The translations under genes and the position numbers were made by a program. Of a stretch of 47,697 nt of DNA, positions 1 to 12,748 are shown one piece after another. Source of the stretch: Ministeria vibrans ATCC 50519 (Eukaryota; Protista; Filasterea); contig CALSCP010002677.1 of assembly GCA_943704425.1 (NCBI GenBank), positions 28,884 through 76,580 on the forward strand. Direction: 5' to 3'. The first letter of the stretch is position 1. Every line of letters starts with the position of its first letter. The notes beneath the pieces are model-generated. The model did no database searches, was not told the DNA's origin, and saw nothing but the letters and a program-made list of their open reading frames with translations.

Positions 1-6
1 AGCAGC

Positions 7-135
7 CGCTTCGGATGGCTAGATTGTCTTGTACAATGAAGCTTTTGCCCTAGGACTTCCAAAAAAAAAAAAAGACTTCGGATGGCTAATTAAATTGTCT
101 TGTCAAAAACATTGAAGCTTTTGCCGGATTTCCAA
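7..135. repeat. Imperfect direct repeat of about 55-60 bp (2 copies)
   Basis: CTTCGGATGGCTA..ATTGTCTTGT..TGAAGCTTTTGCC..TTCCAAA occurs twice, separated by a poly-A run. Confidence 0.7.
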
Positions 136-1186
136 ACGAAACCCTGCCAACAATGCCGCCAGCTGGGAAGCTACTAATTATTATATCTGCTAACTTCCGG
201 TTATCTGATACGTGGTATATAATGCAGATTATTCTCGAAATGCCGTGATTTACCTGTTTTTACATGAAAATTGACAGGTCGGCATCAAAACCTATATATT
301 TCGCGCTATATCATATTTTTGAAGCACATATTATTGTAGTGTATTCGCCTTACAAAACGTTTTTTAAAACTCATTCAACAACACAGACTATATACTACGA
401 AAAATACACTAATATATTTCAGTGTCAACGGCTTGTTTTTCAGGTTTGAGAGTTAATTAATCAATATTACCTTCGAGCCCCTCTTTCTCTTTTTTTAGTT
501 TTAGGTCAATGCTGCAATGTATATACAGGCAGTGTTGTAAACTTGGCCTGTATCAATATTGGAGAGTCACCTAAAAGGTTTTTTTAAAAAAACTTTTTTT
601 GGAGGTCAATTAATGCATTGTCTGTTTAAACCATCCATCCAATCCAAAGCGGCTGCTTCATGAACCCTCGCAGAAACAATTGCCAAATGAAGCACCGGTG
701 TCCTATAGGGGAGGGAGGCTGCAAGATGTCTAGATAGGCAGTGTGTGCATGCAGATTGACTGTCGATTAATCACTGGTGCTCGAGCACAAAGACACTTTT
801 TTTCCTAGGATGAAAGTCTCACAAGCTCACAAGGACACGGATGTACGTGCGACGCGAACTCTTAAAAATATGTGAAAAGCGGACCGCAAAGAAGAAAATG
901 GACAGGTAGGCGACAAGGTGAGACGGTAAGGGATGAAGATGTCAACCGACTGTTAGGTTCTACGCGGTTTCAGCTGAAGAGGGGATCAAACTCTTGATTG
1001 GCAACTGCAGCACTACTACAGCATTTACTTATTAATGTTGTGTATAGCAAAACTCTGCCACAAAAATGTGTATAAATAATGAGAATAATAATAATATTAA
1101 TAATATAAATAACACTATCGCTCTCTAGAGGCACACCCCCCTTCTCTCACAGCCACTCCCTGATACCACCGCTTCCACGACAGAGA

Positions 1187-4100
1187 CTACACAAGACTGG
1201 ATTCCTTCAGGACCAGTGCCGCAACATCATCGTTCTCCAGTGCGCGCGCCCGCTCACTGACCTGGTTGGCCTCCTTGAACCGTCCCTGACACTCGAGTAC
1301 CTGTGAGATCTTCACCAGTGACTCAATCACCTACACACATAGATGGACGCGTCAAAAAAGGAACACGCGCCTGTACAGACCTAACGACAATAATAATTAT
1401 GGTATTATCAGTATAACATACCTTGGGATGTTTTGGACCAAAATGATGTTCATAGTTGAAAAGAGCCTTTTCGTAGGCGGAGAGTGAACCCACATAGTTG
1501 CCCTTGGTACGGAGCAAACTCGCCAACGACATATACACCTCGGCCAGCTGCGGGTGAGAGTCGCCATAATAGTCTTGACGCACATGCAGCGCACGCTGAT
1601 ACAGCGGTTCTAAGAAGAGAAAACACAATAAATACAATACCGTTGTCGTGAGTGCCATGCAATACCTGCTTCGTGGTACTGTCCATTGGACTCGTGAATG
1701 GCTGCCAGATTGATCAACGCCACAGCCACAGACGGGTCGGCCGCTCCCGAGTGCTTCTCGCAGATCATCAACGACCGTTGTGCACAGCTCATCGCCAGTC
1801 CAAACTTGCCTGCACACAAAGGGATTATTATCTTCTAAAAACACAAAAACCATAATAATCATATTGAATTATATACTTACTCTGTTTTTCATAAACCTCG
1901 GCAAGACTCGTCAGCACCATTGCCACATACGAATGATCCCCGCCAAACTTCTTCTCCCAAATCGACAGAGCCTAAATAAAACACCACACACAGACATTTC
2001 TTCAGCACAGTCACAGGCAACCAAGAACATGTTCAACACAAATGCGGAGACCATTTCAAACTTGTCCTGGGCTTTGGGATACTGCGCAAGGGCCTTGTAC
2101 ACCGTTGCGAGATCGTTGCACGACACAGCAAGTCGTCCGCTGTGCTTTCCCTGAGTTCCATGCACCTGCTGTCGAATCTACAACACATTCACACATTATG
2201 TGAGGTTTCAATGCGATTATAGAAGAAGAAAAAGCTAGAGTTTTTTGTGGGTTTACCTTGAGACATGATTCAAAGGGCGCGACTGCCTGTGACACGTGAC
2301 CTGCCGACCACAAGAAAGTTCCCACATCACTGTAGTGTGTCGCCATTTCCAACACTATATACGTCAACGAACAATACACTTCAGCACACAACACACACAC
2401 ATACACACACTCTCTCTCTCTCTCAATCACTTTGCTCCTCTCTCTATTTTTCAGAACATTTTGACTACGCGTACAAGAGGTATCGCGTCGTTCGGCGCGC
2501 TTGAGCACATCCATGTAGGTGCGAAGAATGGCCGAGGGCGACGCGTTGGTGGCGAGCCAGTAGCGCGAGAGGTCGTGTTTGGCATTTTTTACGAGGTAGC
2601 TAAACACATCGAGATTGGTGAGGCACCGCTGCAGACGCTTGAGCTCATCCATGGACTCAAGCAGCCACGGGAGCTCCTCGGCAACTCGACGAACACTCGT
2701 CTGAGGCGTACCGCGACGCAGCTCCTCCTCGAAAAACACTGCCACCGTATTGTAGGCGGCCGTCATCTCCTTCTCGGGGGGCGCCACGTCCGACGAGGGC
2801 GCCGTCACGCCGGCGCCATGAAAGAAATGCCGTCGGACCGCTGACTGCAGTTGCGAGTGAGCCAGCGTGATCACATCACCGCGCTGCATGATAAAAGGCT
2901 CGATGGAAAAGAAGATGGGAAGCCAGGTGGTCTGGTCGATGTTCGCAATGGCCATCAGCTCGGGCTCGCTCAGGCCGTAGTGAGCCACCGCGAGACTTCT
3001 CAAAATCACAGCCAGCGCTTGCGGCTCGCTCTGCGACCACGAACCCGAGCCCGACAGACCAGCGGTGGCGGCGGACGACGAGGAAGCAGACGACGAGGAC
3101 GACGTCAGTGCCTTGAGCGACAGCCGACGAAGACCCCGTCGCAACGCCGACGAGGGCGGGGCACTCGACTCGCCCACACTATCGCTGCTTGTCGAACGAC
3201 CCACGGCCGCAATAGACGTGGTGAGCGACTCGGCCGAGTGCTCGGTGTTGCCTCCGGCGGCATCGTGTGCCATGGACGCTCGACGCTTGGCCAGACCCGT
3301 GTTGGGAAAGTAGAGGGAGCGACCGACACGCTCGAGCATCAGAATGAAGAGATCCTCGTTCGACGTGGTCGCCAGGGTCTTGTTGAGGTGCTCGTCAAGC
3401 GTGTCGCGGTCCGTGTAACAGGCAATCTCGTTGAGAAGAATACTCAAAAAGAGAGGGTTGCCCGTGCGCTCGTGACCCACCACTCGCTCTACCTGGTTCA
3501 GCGTCAACCTACGACCATGCACTCGCGACGACGACGCAATCACCTCGCGACACTCCGACTCGGTCAGTTTGCTCACGTGCAGCGTCTTCCACGAGCGATC
3601 GCGCACAAGCACATTGCGAATGTCGCCAGGTTGCGTCGCAACCACAAGCTGAATGCGTGCCGCCGCACCGGAACCGCACCATTTGACAACGTCCGGCAGC
3701 CACTCGAGGGTGTGCGCACCATCCACATTCTCAAGCTGATCCAAGCCATCGAGAACAACGACCACACGTGAGAGCGTGGGCGCCGACGCAACGTGGTGCA
3801 AGCTCTCGGAGAACATCAGCATGAGCTTTTCCGTGTCAACCGGCAACGCCTCGCGACTGCCGTGTCCCAGAATGCAGCGCAGGCGTCGCGTCAGTCGTCG
3901 CATCAAGTTCAAGTGGCTTCGGCTGTGCGGTGCACTCCCCACAAAATGGTAGAGCACCTCAATGTCCGACGACTCGGCCGTGAGCTCTAGCTCGCGTGTC
4001 ACCCAGTTGGCCAAAAGCGATGACTTCCCAATGCCTGCCGGACCAAGAACCACGAGACCGCCATGACTTGCCTCGATCGCTCCCTGAAGATTGTCCAGTC

Positions 4101-7100
4101 GGTGTGTTCGTCCCACATAGCCAATGGAGCGAGCGCACACAAACGACTCGTGCGACACCGATTCACTATCTAGAGGCGACGCCACTGCAGCCGGTGTGGC
4201 CGTCGCGGTGGTGCTCGCCGCTGCTGTAGGTGTGGTCGTGTTCGCTCCTGCTTCGCCACCCGGCAGCGTCGAAGCGGTGGACACGTCGGAGCGTTCGCGC
4301 GAAGCCATCGCGTGGTTCGCCGGCGACATCTCACTCGAAGAGGGTTCAATGTCGCGCGTGACAAGCATGTCGCGAATGACCGCCTCGACCTCGGACGCAA
4401 GCAGACGCATGCCCGACATGGGGTCGGTGTAGCCATCGTAGACGGCGGCACACGATGGATGCGAGACGAGCACGCGGTGCTTGAGGTCGGCAAGGCGCGA
4501 CGCTGACTCGATGCCCTCCACGTCGTACTTGGCCGCCTCGCGTCGGTCGCCACGCTTCATGAGACGCTCGTACTCGCGACGGTCAAAGTCGGGGTCGCGA
4601 AACATAAAAATGGCAGGTCGCTGGCCGGGACGCCGCAAGTGACCGCTGAGAAACTCTACTTCGGTGAGCGAACAGTTGCGCAACCCGTTCGCCCATGCAA
4701 ACTGCTCGTCGCTGCAGAGCTCGTCAAAGTTGCTCTGCAGCCAGTCATTTGCAAAGCCATGGGGCCCATAGCGCGCGCCCAAGACACCCACAAAAATGTC
4801 GCTGCGACGCACATCCGACAGACTTGTGTGCAGCGCCGTGATGGAGCTCGCGGCACCACCTCGCTCGACGTTCCAGCGCAAATCCGTAAACACAAGCTGG
4901 ACGCCGTTGCCGACGGACTCGCACAGACGACGCAGCGCAGGCACGTGTTCCCCCACAAAGTGATCCCGTTCACGCTCGAGACCCTCGACAGGAGCACTGA
5001 GGTAGATGCGAATGACGCGACGTACACGCTGCTGCCGCACAAGGGGTACGCGAACGGGCGTGGCACGGCGAGGCACCGACGTGAGAAGAAGAACGGCGGG
5101 TGCGTTGCGATAGAGATGCGACGTGTTCTGATGCAACACATTGGCTTTTTGCTGGCTCGTCGGCGTGCGCGTCCTGTGCAGCGCGGCGGCCGTACCGGCG
5201 GCCGATGACGACGGTGACCCGGCGGCCCCCGTGTTGGTTTGCGAGTGTCGCACACTCTCGTCAATGTGAAATGCAATGAGTTCAGGCAGCGTGGAAAACG
5301 AGCGTGTGACCAGGCGGTAGCCACCGTTGCCGTTGCGTAGCACATTGACATGTCGAACACGCCCCGGGGCCTTTACCGAGAGCACAAAGGCGTCGTTGTT
5401 GTCGGTGCCAGTCGAGCGCAAAAGGAAAGCACCCACATCGTGCTTGAGCAGCATATCAGTCGCCTGCACCAGCGACAGTCGACCGTGGTACCACACTTGC
5501 GAGTCGTACGGCTGGTCCACAAAGACTCCCGCGTCCGCAACGGGATCCGCCGAGTGCGCCACGCAATGCGCGGCGCCATTGGGACTGCCAAAAAAGTCAT
5601 CGTCGTGTCGTGTGCTTGGTGTCACATCCGACTCCTGTGAAATCTCCCCCACCACGTCGCTAAGCATCTTAAGGGAGGTCGGTCGTGCCGTGGGCGGCGT
5701 CTGCCTCATCGACACCGCCTTTTTGGGCGGCAAGTGGCGCACCGACTCGCCAAAGTTCTTCATGACTTCCGTCAAGAAGTCCTCGGCGCCCGAGTCGAGC
5801 GGCGATGACAGAGACAACGGTTCCACGGCATTAGCCTCAGCAGCGCCAAAGGATCGCTCAACAATCTGGGCCTGTTCTTGCGCCGTCGGCGTCACCGAGA
5901 GACCGGCCGATCCCAGCGGAGCGCGTGCTGCTGTCGGTGGCGGACTCCCACCGGGTGCCGCTTTGTTCGAGCCTGCGAGCCGCGCAGCGTAGGTTCTCAC
6001 CGTACCCTTAGAGGAGCGCCCACCGGACGACGACGAAGATGTCAACGAGAGCGTGGCGGTGGGAACGATAGGAGGCGGGGAGCCACCGCCGCTGACGACA
6101 GCAATCGCTGCCGCGCCACTGGGACCCGACTGCGACACGCGTTTAAGTGGGCGCTTAGGCGACACAATGGGCGGGGGGATACTGACTGCAGCCAAATCAA
6201 TGTCGGTGAAGGCCGACTCGAGACGGTCGAGACCGTCAAATGGGCGTTTCGAGCTTGGCGATGATGCGCCAGCAGCTGACCTCTTGCTGCTTGGCGAGAC
6301 GACCGTGGTTGATTGTAGCTGCTGCTGCGACGTTGGGGGCGTTGTTGTAGCTGATGATGGTGGTAGTGGTAACGACAACGATGGCGGTGGTGACGGGAGC
6401 GGCAACGACTCAGACGAGACCATTTCCATGGAAGGCTGAGCCGACGCGGGTGAGCGAACTTCAATCTCGGACAGAGCGCTCTCTTTGCGACTGACTGGTG
6501 CCTTGGAGGTCGAGGCACTCGTGCCATCGTTGACTTTCGCGGTGTTACAGCCGGGCACCGTCGACAGCGGAGCTGGTTTCGAGGGCGATGGAGTCGTTTT
6601 GTCGGGCCGATCGTTCGTCGACGATTTGCGACGGAAAAGCTTGTGGCGTCCACTGCTAGCAGCGCCGGCCTTTGGTTCCTCAACGGAGGCGTCAAGCGTC
6701 ACGCTGTCGCACGGAACGAGGCCCTGAGCGCCAGTCGACGACGTCCCAACAAACCTGCAAGGGCGGCAAACAAAAGAAACGCTTCAGCTCCATTCTGCTC
6801 TGCTAATATTTCAATGGCAGTGCAATGAGGCCCGCACGGGCCATCAAGGGGGGATAGAGTCACGCAGTGGCGCTGGGAAGGCGCACAAAGCGCGATATCG
6901 TGGAGAACACGCCAAATTTTTCAAACACTTTTTTATATACAGCAAAAACCGCTTTTGCCAGCGGGGCCGTTAGGACTTACCACTTGCGAGTGGTGAGCTT
7001 GTCAATGTCGGAGACTCGAAGGGAAAGCTTGTCGCCGCGTCGAATCGAGAGCTCTTCGGGGGACTTGGCGGCGTACTCCTGGATGACGTGTACGGTCGTT

Positions 7101-7120
7101 CGTTCGCCGGTCGCCGCCAT
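1187..7120 (-). CDS. SH3-SH2-DUF4062-NACHT(STAND NTPase)-TPR protein (NPHP3/TTC41/TEP1-like core), multi-exon
   Basis: Exon 1 (7120-6981) gives MAATGERTTVHVIQEYAAKSPEELSIRRGDKLSL...RKW. It splices GTAAGT..TTGCAG in frame to 6754 (FVGTSSTGAQGLVPCDSV), completing an SH3. SH2 at about 5493-5265 (WYHG...GAFLLRS...FVLSV...FSTLPELIAFH). DUF4062-like IRIYLS...ERDHFV...LRRLC...DLRWNV. Walker A GPAGIGKS, Walker B VVVVLDGLDQL. C-terminal TPR exons (e.g. AEPLYQRALHVRQDYYGDSHPQLAEVY). Stop TAG at 1187-1189. Confidence 0.85.
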
Positions 7121-7299
7121 CGTCAGCCACAGCGCAGGGGAGGGGCGGTTGGGTCACTCTTCACCAACGATCACGTGACTCAAGGCACACCGGGAGAAGA
7201 GGGCGTGCGCGAAGAGGAAAATAAATTATGATTGAATTTTGGTGCCGCAAAAATTCAATGGGCAATAAAGAACCAATCGTCCAATACACGCACAATACA

Positions 7300-7580
7300 C
7301 GAGTCACAAATACCGCATAACAAGCTAAACAGCATGACATTAGCCATTAAGTCATTGACTGTCTGAAGACTCTATTCTAGACTCTGAACTGATATCTTAT
7401 GTCAGTTATCAGTTCTGTCTAATGGACATTGAACAGAGGAGGACATTTCAAATAATTATGACAATATAGGATAATTAATATGAGTCACAAGTACCGTAAA
7501 GAAAGTTAAACAACATGATATAAACTGATGTTTTATGTCAGTTTTAAGTTTTGTCTACTCACCAATGGACATTGAACACA
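7300..7580. repeat. Degenerate direct repeat (2 copies)
   Basis: GAGTCACAA.TACCG...AACTGAT.T.TTATGTCAGTT...AATGGACATTGAACA occurs twice. Confidence 0.65.
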
Positions 7581-7721
7581 ATTGAAACCATGACGATTAA
7601 TATGAGATAATATGAATAATACCGTAAAAAAAACAACCAATTATTAGTGGTATTAACGAATAACGTCTCATGTTGAATGGGCATTGGCCATTAAGCACAA
7701 CTAAAAGACTGGCATGATTGA

Positions 7722-7802
7722 GAGACCGGCACGATCGAGGGACCGACACAATCGAGTACCGGCACGATCGAGGGACCGGCACCCTCGAGGGACCGGGACG
7801 AT
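7722..7802. repeat. Short tandem repeat of about 17 bp (GACCGGCACGATCGAGG-like, about 4 copies)
   Basis: Directly visible in the sequence. Confidence 0.7.
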
Positions 7803-7920
7803 CTTTTACATTGGACAATTACAGAAAGATGACCAAAGTATATCAACGACTAATGTGATAGCATGAAGGCAACATCATTGGGAAGCAATCCTTATAAATC
7901 ATTTTGATGTGTCATCATGA

Positions 7921-8842
7921 TTTTCCCGCCAAATACACTTACTAGAAAGAGCGCATTTGCGTGTTTTGTTTTCTGAACCGGGCCGAAGAGTGTGCATTAT
8001 CTCAAAACTGCTATCAAGCACCCACTCTGCGAATTCCTTCAGCACACTCACCATTTGTCCGGTTCCTCTCCTTTTTTTTCCTTATTTTTGTATGATTTTT
8101 TTGTATGATTATTTATTTCGAGAGAGAGAGAGAAGCACTTCGCGCGCGAAAAAGAATCATATACTTGCCAGATTGGCGTAAATGACTACTGTAAAAGCTA
8201 CCCCAAACACACAGTCACGTGCAAATATCGGCATAAAATCCGCGCGATTCAACTGCGCTACTTTTTGAAAAAAGAGCACATTTGGATGATCTGTAGAAGA
8301 TCTGTGTTTTGAACTGGGCCGAAGAGTGTGCGTTAGCTTGTTTTACACGTTATGACGCGCAGCCGTTGTGCCATTTTTTTTTGCACTCTCACCATTTGTC
8401 GAGTTCCTCCGAATGTTGTTTTTCCTTTGCTTTTAAATTTTTTTATATATACTGCAGCCCGCATCACCCCCTGCTGCTGATGGCAAGAGGAAATCTAGTT
8501 ACGACTCTGTTAAAATTGTTCTATTGGTGTGTTGGGACGTAACTTGATAATTAAAATTGTTCTATTGGTGTGTTGGGACAGGCTTCCAACTCAAGGTAGT
8601 TGGCTTGATTTGACAGCTGCACGAACATTCAAAACAATGTAAGGGAAATGTAAGTTAAGCGTCGATTGACAAAGAGCTTCTAAAAAGCAGAGGCCCGTCG
8701 ACTGATGGTCGGATGACTGACCCGACAAGTAACAAATGCATATATTGAATATTCCGAGCTGCGAGGGAGAGGGACATAATCGTTCACCTCTTGACCCTTT
8801 AGTGAAAGTTCCATACTTTTTCCGAACTTTTTCCCGCCAAAT
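7921..8842. promoter_or_regulatory. Candidate E2F-type elements in the divergent intergenic region upstream of DNM1L and the SH3-SH2-NACHT gene
   Basis: An identical 14-mer TTTTCCCGCCAAAT occurs at 7921-7934 and 8829-8842, with TTCGCGCGCGAAAA at 8139-8152. These match or closely resemble the TTTSSCGC consensus. Confidence 0.4.
8510..8579. repeat. Perfect 29-bp direct repeat
   Basis: TTAAAATTGTTCTATTGGTGTGTTGGGAC at 8510-8538 and 8551-8579. Confidence 0.9.
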
Positions 8843-9226
8843 CGTCTTTGATCAGTATTATTAATTTGCTGCAGAGTAATTTTGCGCTCTCACAAATTTC
8901 TCAGGTACAGCCATTTCTTTCTTTTGAGGACGTAATGCTCGATTTTATAATCACGTCTTCAACAACGCTTCAAAAGAAAGTGAAAGTCGACAAACACCCG
9001 CAGTTACCCAGCTCATTCACCCCCCCCCCCTCCGCAAGTCCCACTCCGGAAAATGGTAAGCCAAGTAGCCACCCACCACTTACTCCTTTCACCGCTCATC
9101 CACAGCGTGAAAATCCATCTCCCTTCCCCACCATGCATGATCATTATCGCCCTAGTCAAATATCAAAAATAATTCAAATTTTTTTCAGTCATTTTTATTT
9201 TTTAGTCATTTTAGAAAATAACCAGA

Positions 9227-11854
9227 ATGGACCGCCTCATTCCATTGATCAACAAGCTTCAAGATGTGTTTCACACCGTTGGCGCAGAGGCGCTTCAGCT
9301 GCCTCAAATCGTCGTGGTCGGAAGTCAGTCGAGTGGCAAATCAAGCGTTCTCGAGTCGCTTGTTGGCCGCGATTTCCTTCCTCGCGGCACCGGCATCGTC
9401 ACCAGACGCCCCTTGATCCTCCAACTTCTCCACACTCCTTCCACTTCACATGGTACGGTGTCGTTTTTTTTTCTTGTGCTTTGCGTCGTCCGACTCGCCT
9501 CCTCTCGCCGTCCTCTCGCCGCCCTCTCCTCGCCACCCCCCCGGCCAATGCCCTTCCACCCGCGCACCCCTCGTGCCATCCTCCCATCTCGCTTCCTCCT
9601 TCGTCTTCGTCTTGTTTCAAAAAAATCATTAACATCCCTTCAAGTGTGAAATTTTTACGTCCTCTGCACGTTCCGCTCGGTCTACGCTCCCAAGCCCCTC
9701 TATTTATTCACAAAGGCACTTGGGCCTATGCTCAGAGCGCTTGCGCGTCCCAATCTCGTCGCCCATCCACCGCGACGGGTCGACAAAAAACCACCCTCTT
9801 CTCGACTCTTCGTCATCTTGCCAAAAAACACCATACACACTCTTTCAACCACCCCCGCGCACCCCGTCCGGCCTTGATATTCCACCAACACTGCTGTCCA
9901 CCGACGGAGGCGGTGCGCATGAGTCTCCAGCACAACAATAGGCGACCAATATGTTTCGAGGAAATCAACTCGATCAGTTTGACTCAACCACTTTCTTCTT
10001 CTTCTTCTTCAACCATTTTCTTGCTGTGGTAGACCACGACTTCTCCGAGTGGGGCCAGTTTCTTCACGATCCCGACAAGCTCTATGTCAAGTTTGAAGAG
10101 ATCCGCGATGAAATTGAGCGGGTACGCAAAATTGTGAGATGAACACACTTGTCAACTAAGCACTGTACTCGACAGGAAACGGATCGCACAAGTAGCGAAA
10201 AGGCCATTTCTCCGATGGCCATCAATCTGAAGATCTTTTCGCCCCACGTCCTCAACCTCACTCTTGTTGATTTACCAGGTGTCACCAAGGTAGGAAATCA
10301 GTTTCATGTCAATCAGTAGAGACCGAAAAAGCAAAAAAAAATAGGGAGCAATCAGCATTAGTTCGCGGCGATTGTGGCGATATTTATGCTTCCCTTGTTT
10401 TGCGTTATTTTGAACGTCAGCGCAATGCCCATACTTACACAAAATGTCACACCCAAAACACCGGTGTTTGAAAAAGTTGTGCACAACATTGCTGACATAA
10501 TAATTATTATGTATACTCCTATGAATAAGACGCCAACTGTTAACTGTCAGTCAAATTGATCAAAAATTGATCATTGTAATAAAATAATTAGTATTATTAG
10601 TATTATTATTATTGTTATTGTTGTTGTTGTCTTTTGTACAGCACTCTATTCAATTCTTTTTTGTATTAGTAATATTATTATTCTGATCTTTTTTTCTTTT
10701 TTTATCCTTGGTAGGTGCCTGTTGGAAATCAGCCCGATGACATTGAGCAGATCGTGCTTGACCTCATCATGAAGTACATTTCAAACCCGCACTCGATCAT
10801 TCTGGCGGTGACGCCAGCCAACACAGACGTGAGCACGAGCGACGCCCTCCAGATTGCACGACGAGTTGACCCGCATGGCAACCGTACCATTGGCGTGTGC
10901 ACCAAATTGGATCTAATGGACGCCGGTACGGATGCCTCGGACGTGCTCTCTGGTCGCGTCGTTCCCGTCAAGCTGGGCTTTATTGGCGTCGTCAACCGCA
11001 GCCAGGCTGACATCCAACAGTGCCGTCCCATCGCCGAGGCGCTTCAGGCCGAACAGGACTTCTTTGCTCGTCACCCGATGTACGCCTCCATTGCCGATCA
11101 CTGTGGTACCCCATACCTTGCGCGTACCCTCAACAAGGTTAGATATTGAAAAAGAATACAATTCAGAAAATAATAAGAGAGCTGCACATTAATAATAATA
11201 ATAATAATAATAACGTCTTATTATTAATAATAATAATAATAATTATTATTATTATTTTATTACATTTTTAGGTACTTTTGCGTCACATTCGCGAATCGCT
11301 GCCGGATCTTCGTATTCGTCTGAGCCATGCCGTCAGCCAAGCGCAAGCTCAGTTTGCACAGTACGGCGATCCCGTTCTCGAGCGACTCGACAAGGTACGC
11401 ACGCGTCTAGGACCCAGCCAAAGGAAGGGCCCAAGTGACAGATCTTTTTTCCTACAGGGTGCTCTCTTGCTCTCCATCATCACTCGCTTCTCCACGAGCT
11501 ACTGCAATGCCATCGAGGGAACCACTCGCGAAATTCAAACTCAACAACTGTACACCCATTCGTTGCTTGTGCGTGGTACTTTTCATCGATTCATTCATGT
11601 TTCGTCTTGATTTGTAGGAGCGGTGGGGCGCGAATGTGTTTTATTTTCCACGAGACCTTTGGTCGCACTCTGCAAAACATGGATCCGCTTGACGGTCTTA
11701 CAGTCAACGACATTCGCACAGCCATTAGAAACGCAACAGTATACACACGAAACAATTATACCATTATCTCACTCACACTCACCCACACTCACACCCCCAC
11801 AAAGAATCTCTTGTCTTATACTAATATAAAATAATTCATAATAATAATAAAATA

Positions 11855-11885
<31 letters not shown>

Positions 11886-12717
11886 TTTTTTACTTTATTG
11901 TAGGGGACTCGACTGTCGTTGTTTGTGCCTGAAGTGGCTTTTGAGTTGCTTGTGAAGCGACAAATCCGACGACTGCTCGAGCCATCATTGCGCTGCGTTG
12001 AGTTGGTCTTCGACGAGCTGTTACGCATCATTGCACAGTCAGAGACACAAGAAGTCACGCGCTTCGAGACGCTGCGCGAAACCATCAACGAGACTGTCAC
12101 CAACATGCTGCGCGCACGACTGCCCTACACCAACAGCATGATTGAGAACCTCATTGAGATCGAACTGGCTTACATCAACACAAATCATCCCGACTTTACA
12201 GGAGGCAGTCGCATCGGCGCACGCATGGCCGAGCGTGCTATGGAATACGATCGCAGAGAAACCGTACGCATTCGAACTACTCTTTGAACGAGGGGTTAAT
12301 GAATTATTATTTGCGTGTAGGAGGGCGAGTCGTCTTTTAGTGTAACCACGACCCCCCATGTATCGGCAGCAGCCGCTGCGTCCGCTGTGAATTCGACCAA
12401 TGGTGCATCGGCAGGTGCCCCTGGCCCCTCTGTCACGACTGCCACCATGTCGTCCCAGTCTCTCTACACGTCCACCGCTGCCTCATCCTCCCTCAGCGAC
12501 ACCGCCCAGCAACAGCTCCACAATGGCGCCTGGGGGCTTTCCAATCTATTCTTCGGCAGGAACAAACAGCGTGTTCAACCAGCGACGAATGTCTCGTCCA
12601 CCTCCAACGCCAACCCAAGCTCAAACTTCACCAGTGCGTCTCCCTCAGACGACAAAAACGACGTACTTCTCTCATTGCTCGTTATCCTTCCATTGTCCTT
12701 CTCTTAACCACTTCTTT

Positions 12718-12748
<31 letters not shown>

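Noticed and set aside
264-1000. Short ORF and possible splice signals near the window start
   Set aside because: I could not assemble a coherent reading frame or find any motif.
8848-10032. 394-aa ORF overlapping the start of Drp1
   Set aside because: It is a low-complexity alternate frame spanning promoter, exon 1 and intron 1, starts at a non-ATG codon, and has no domain.
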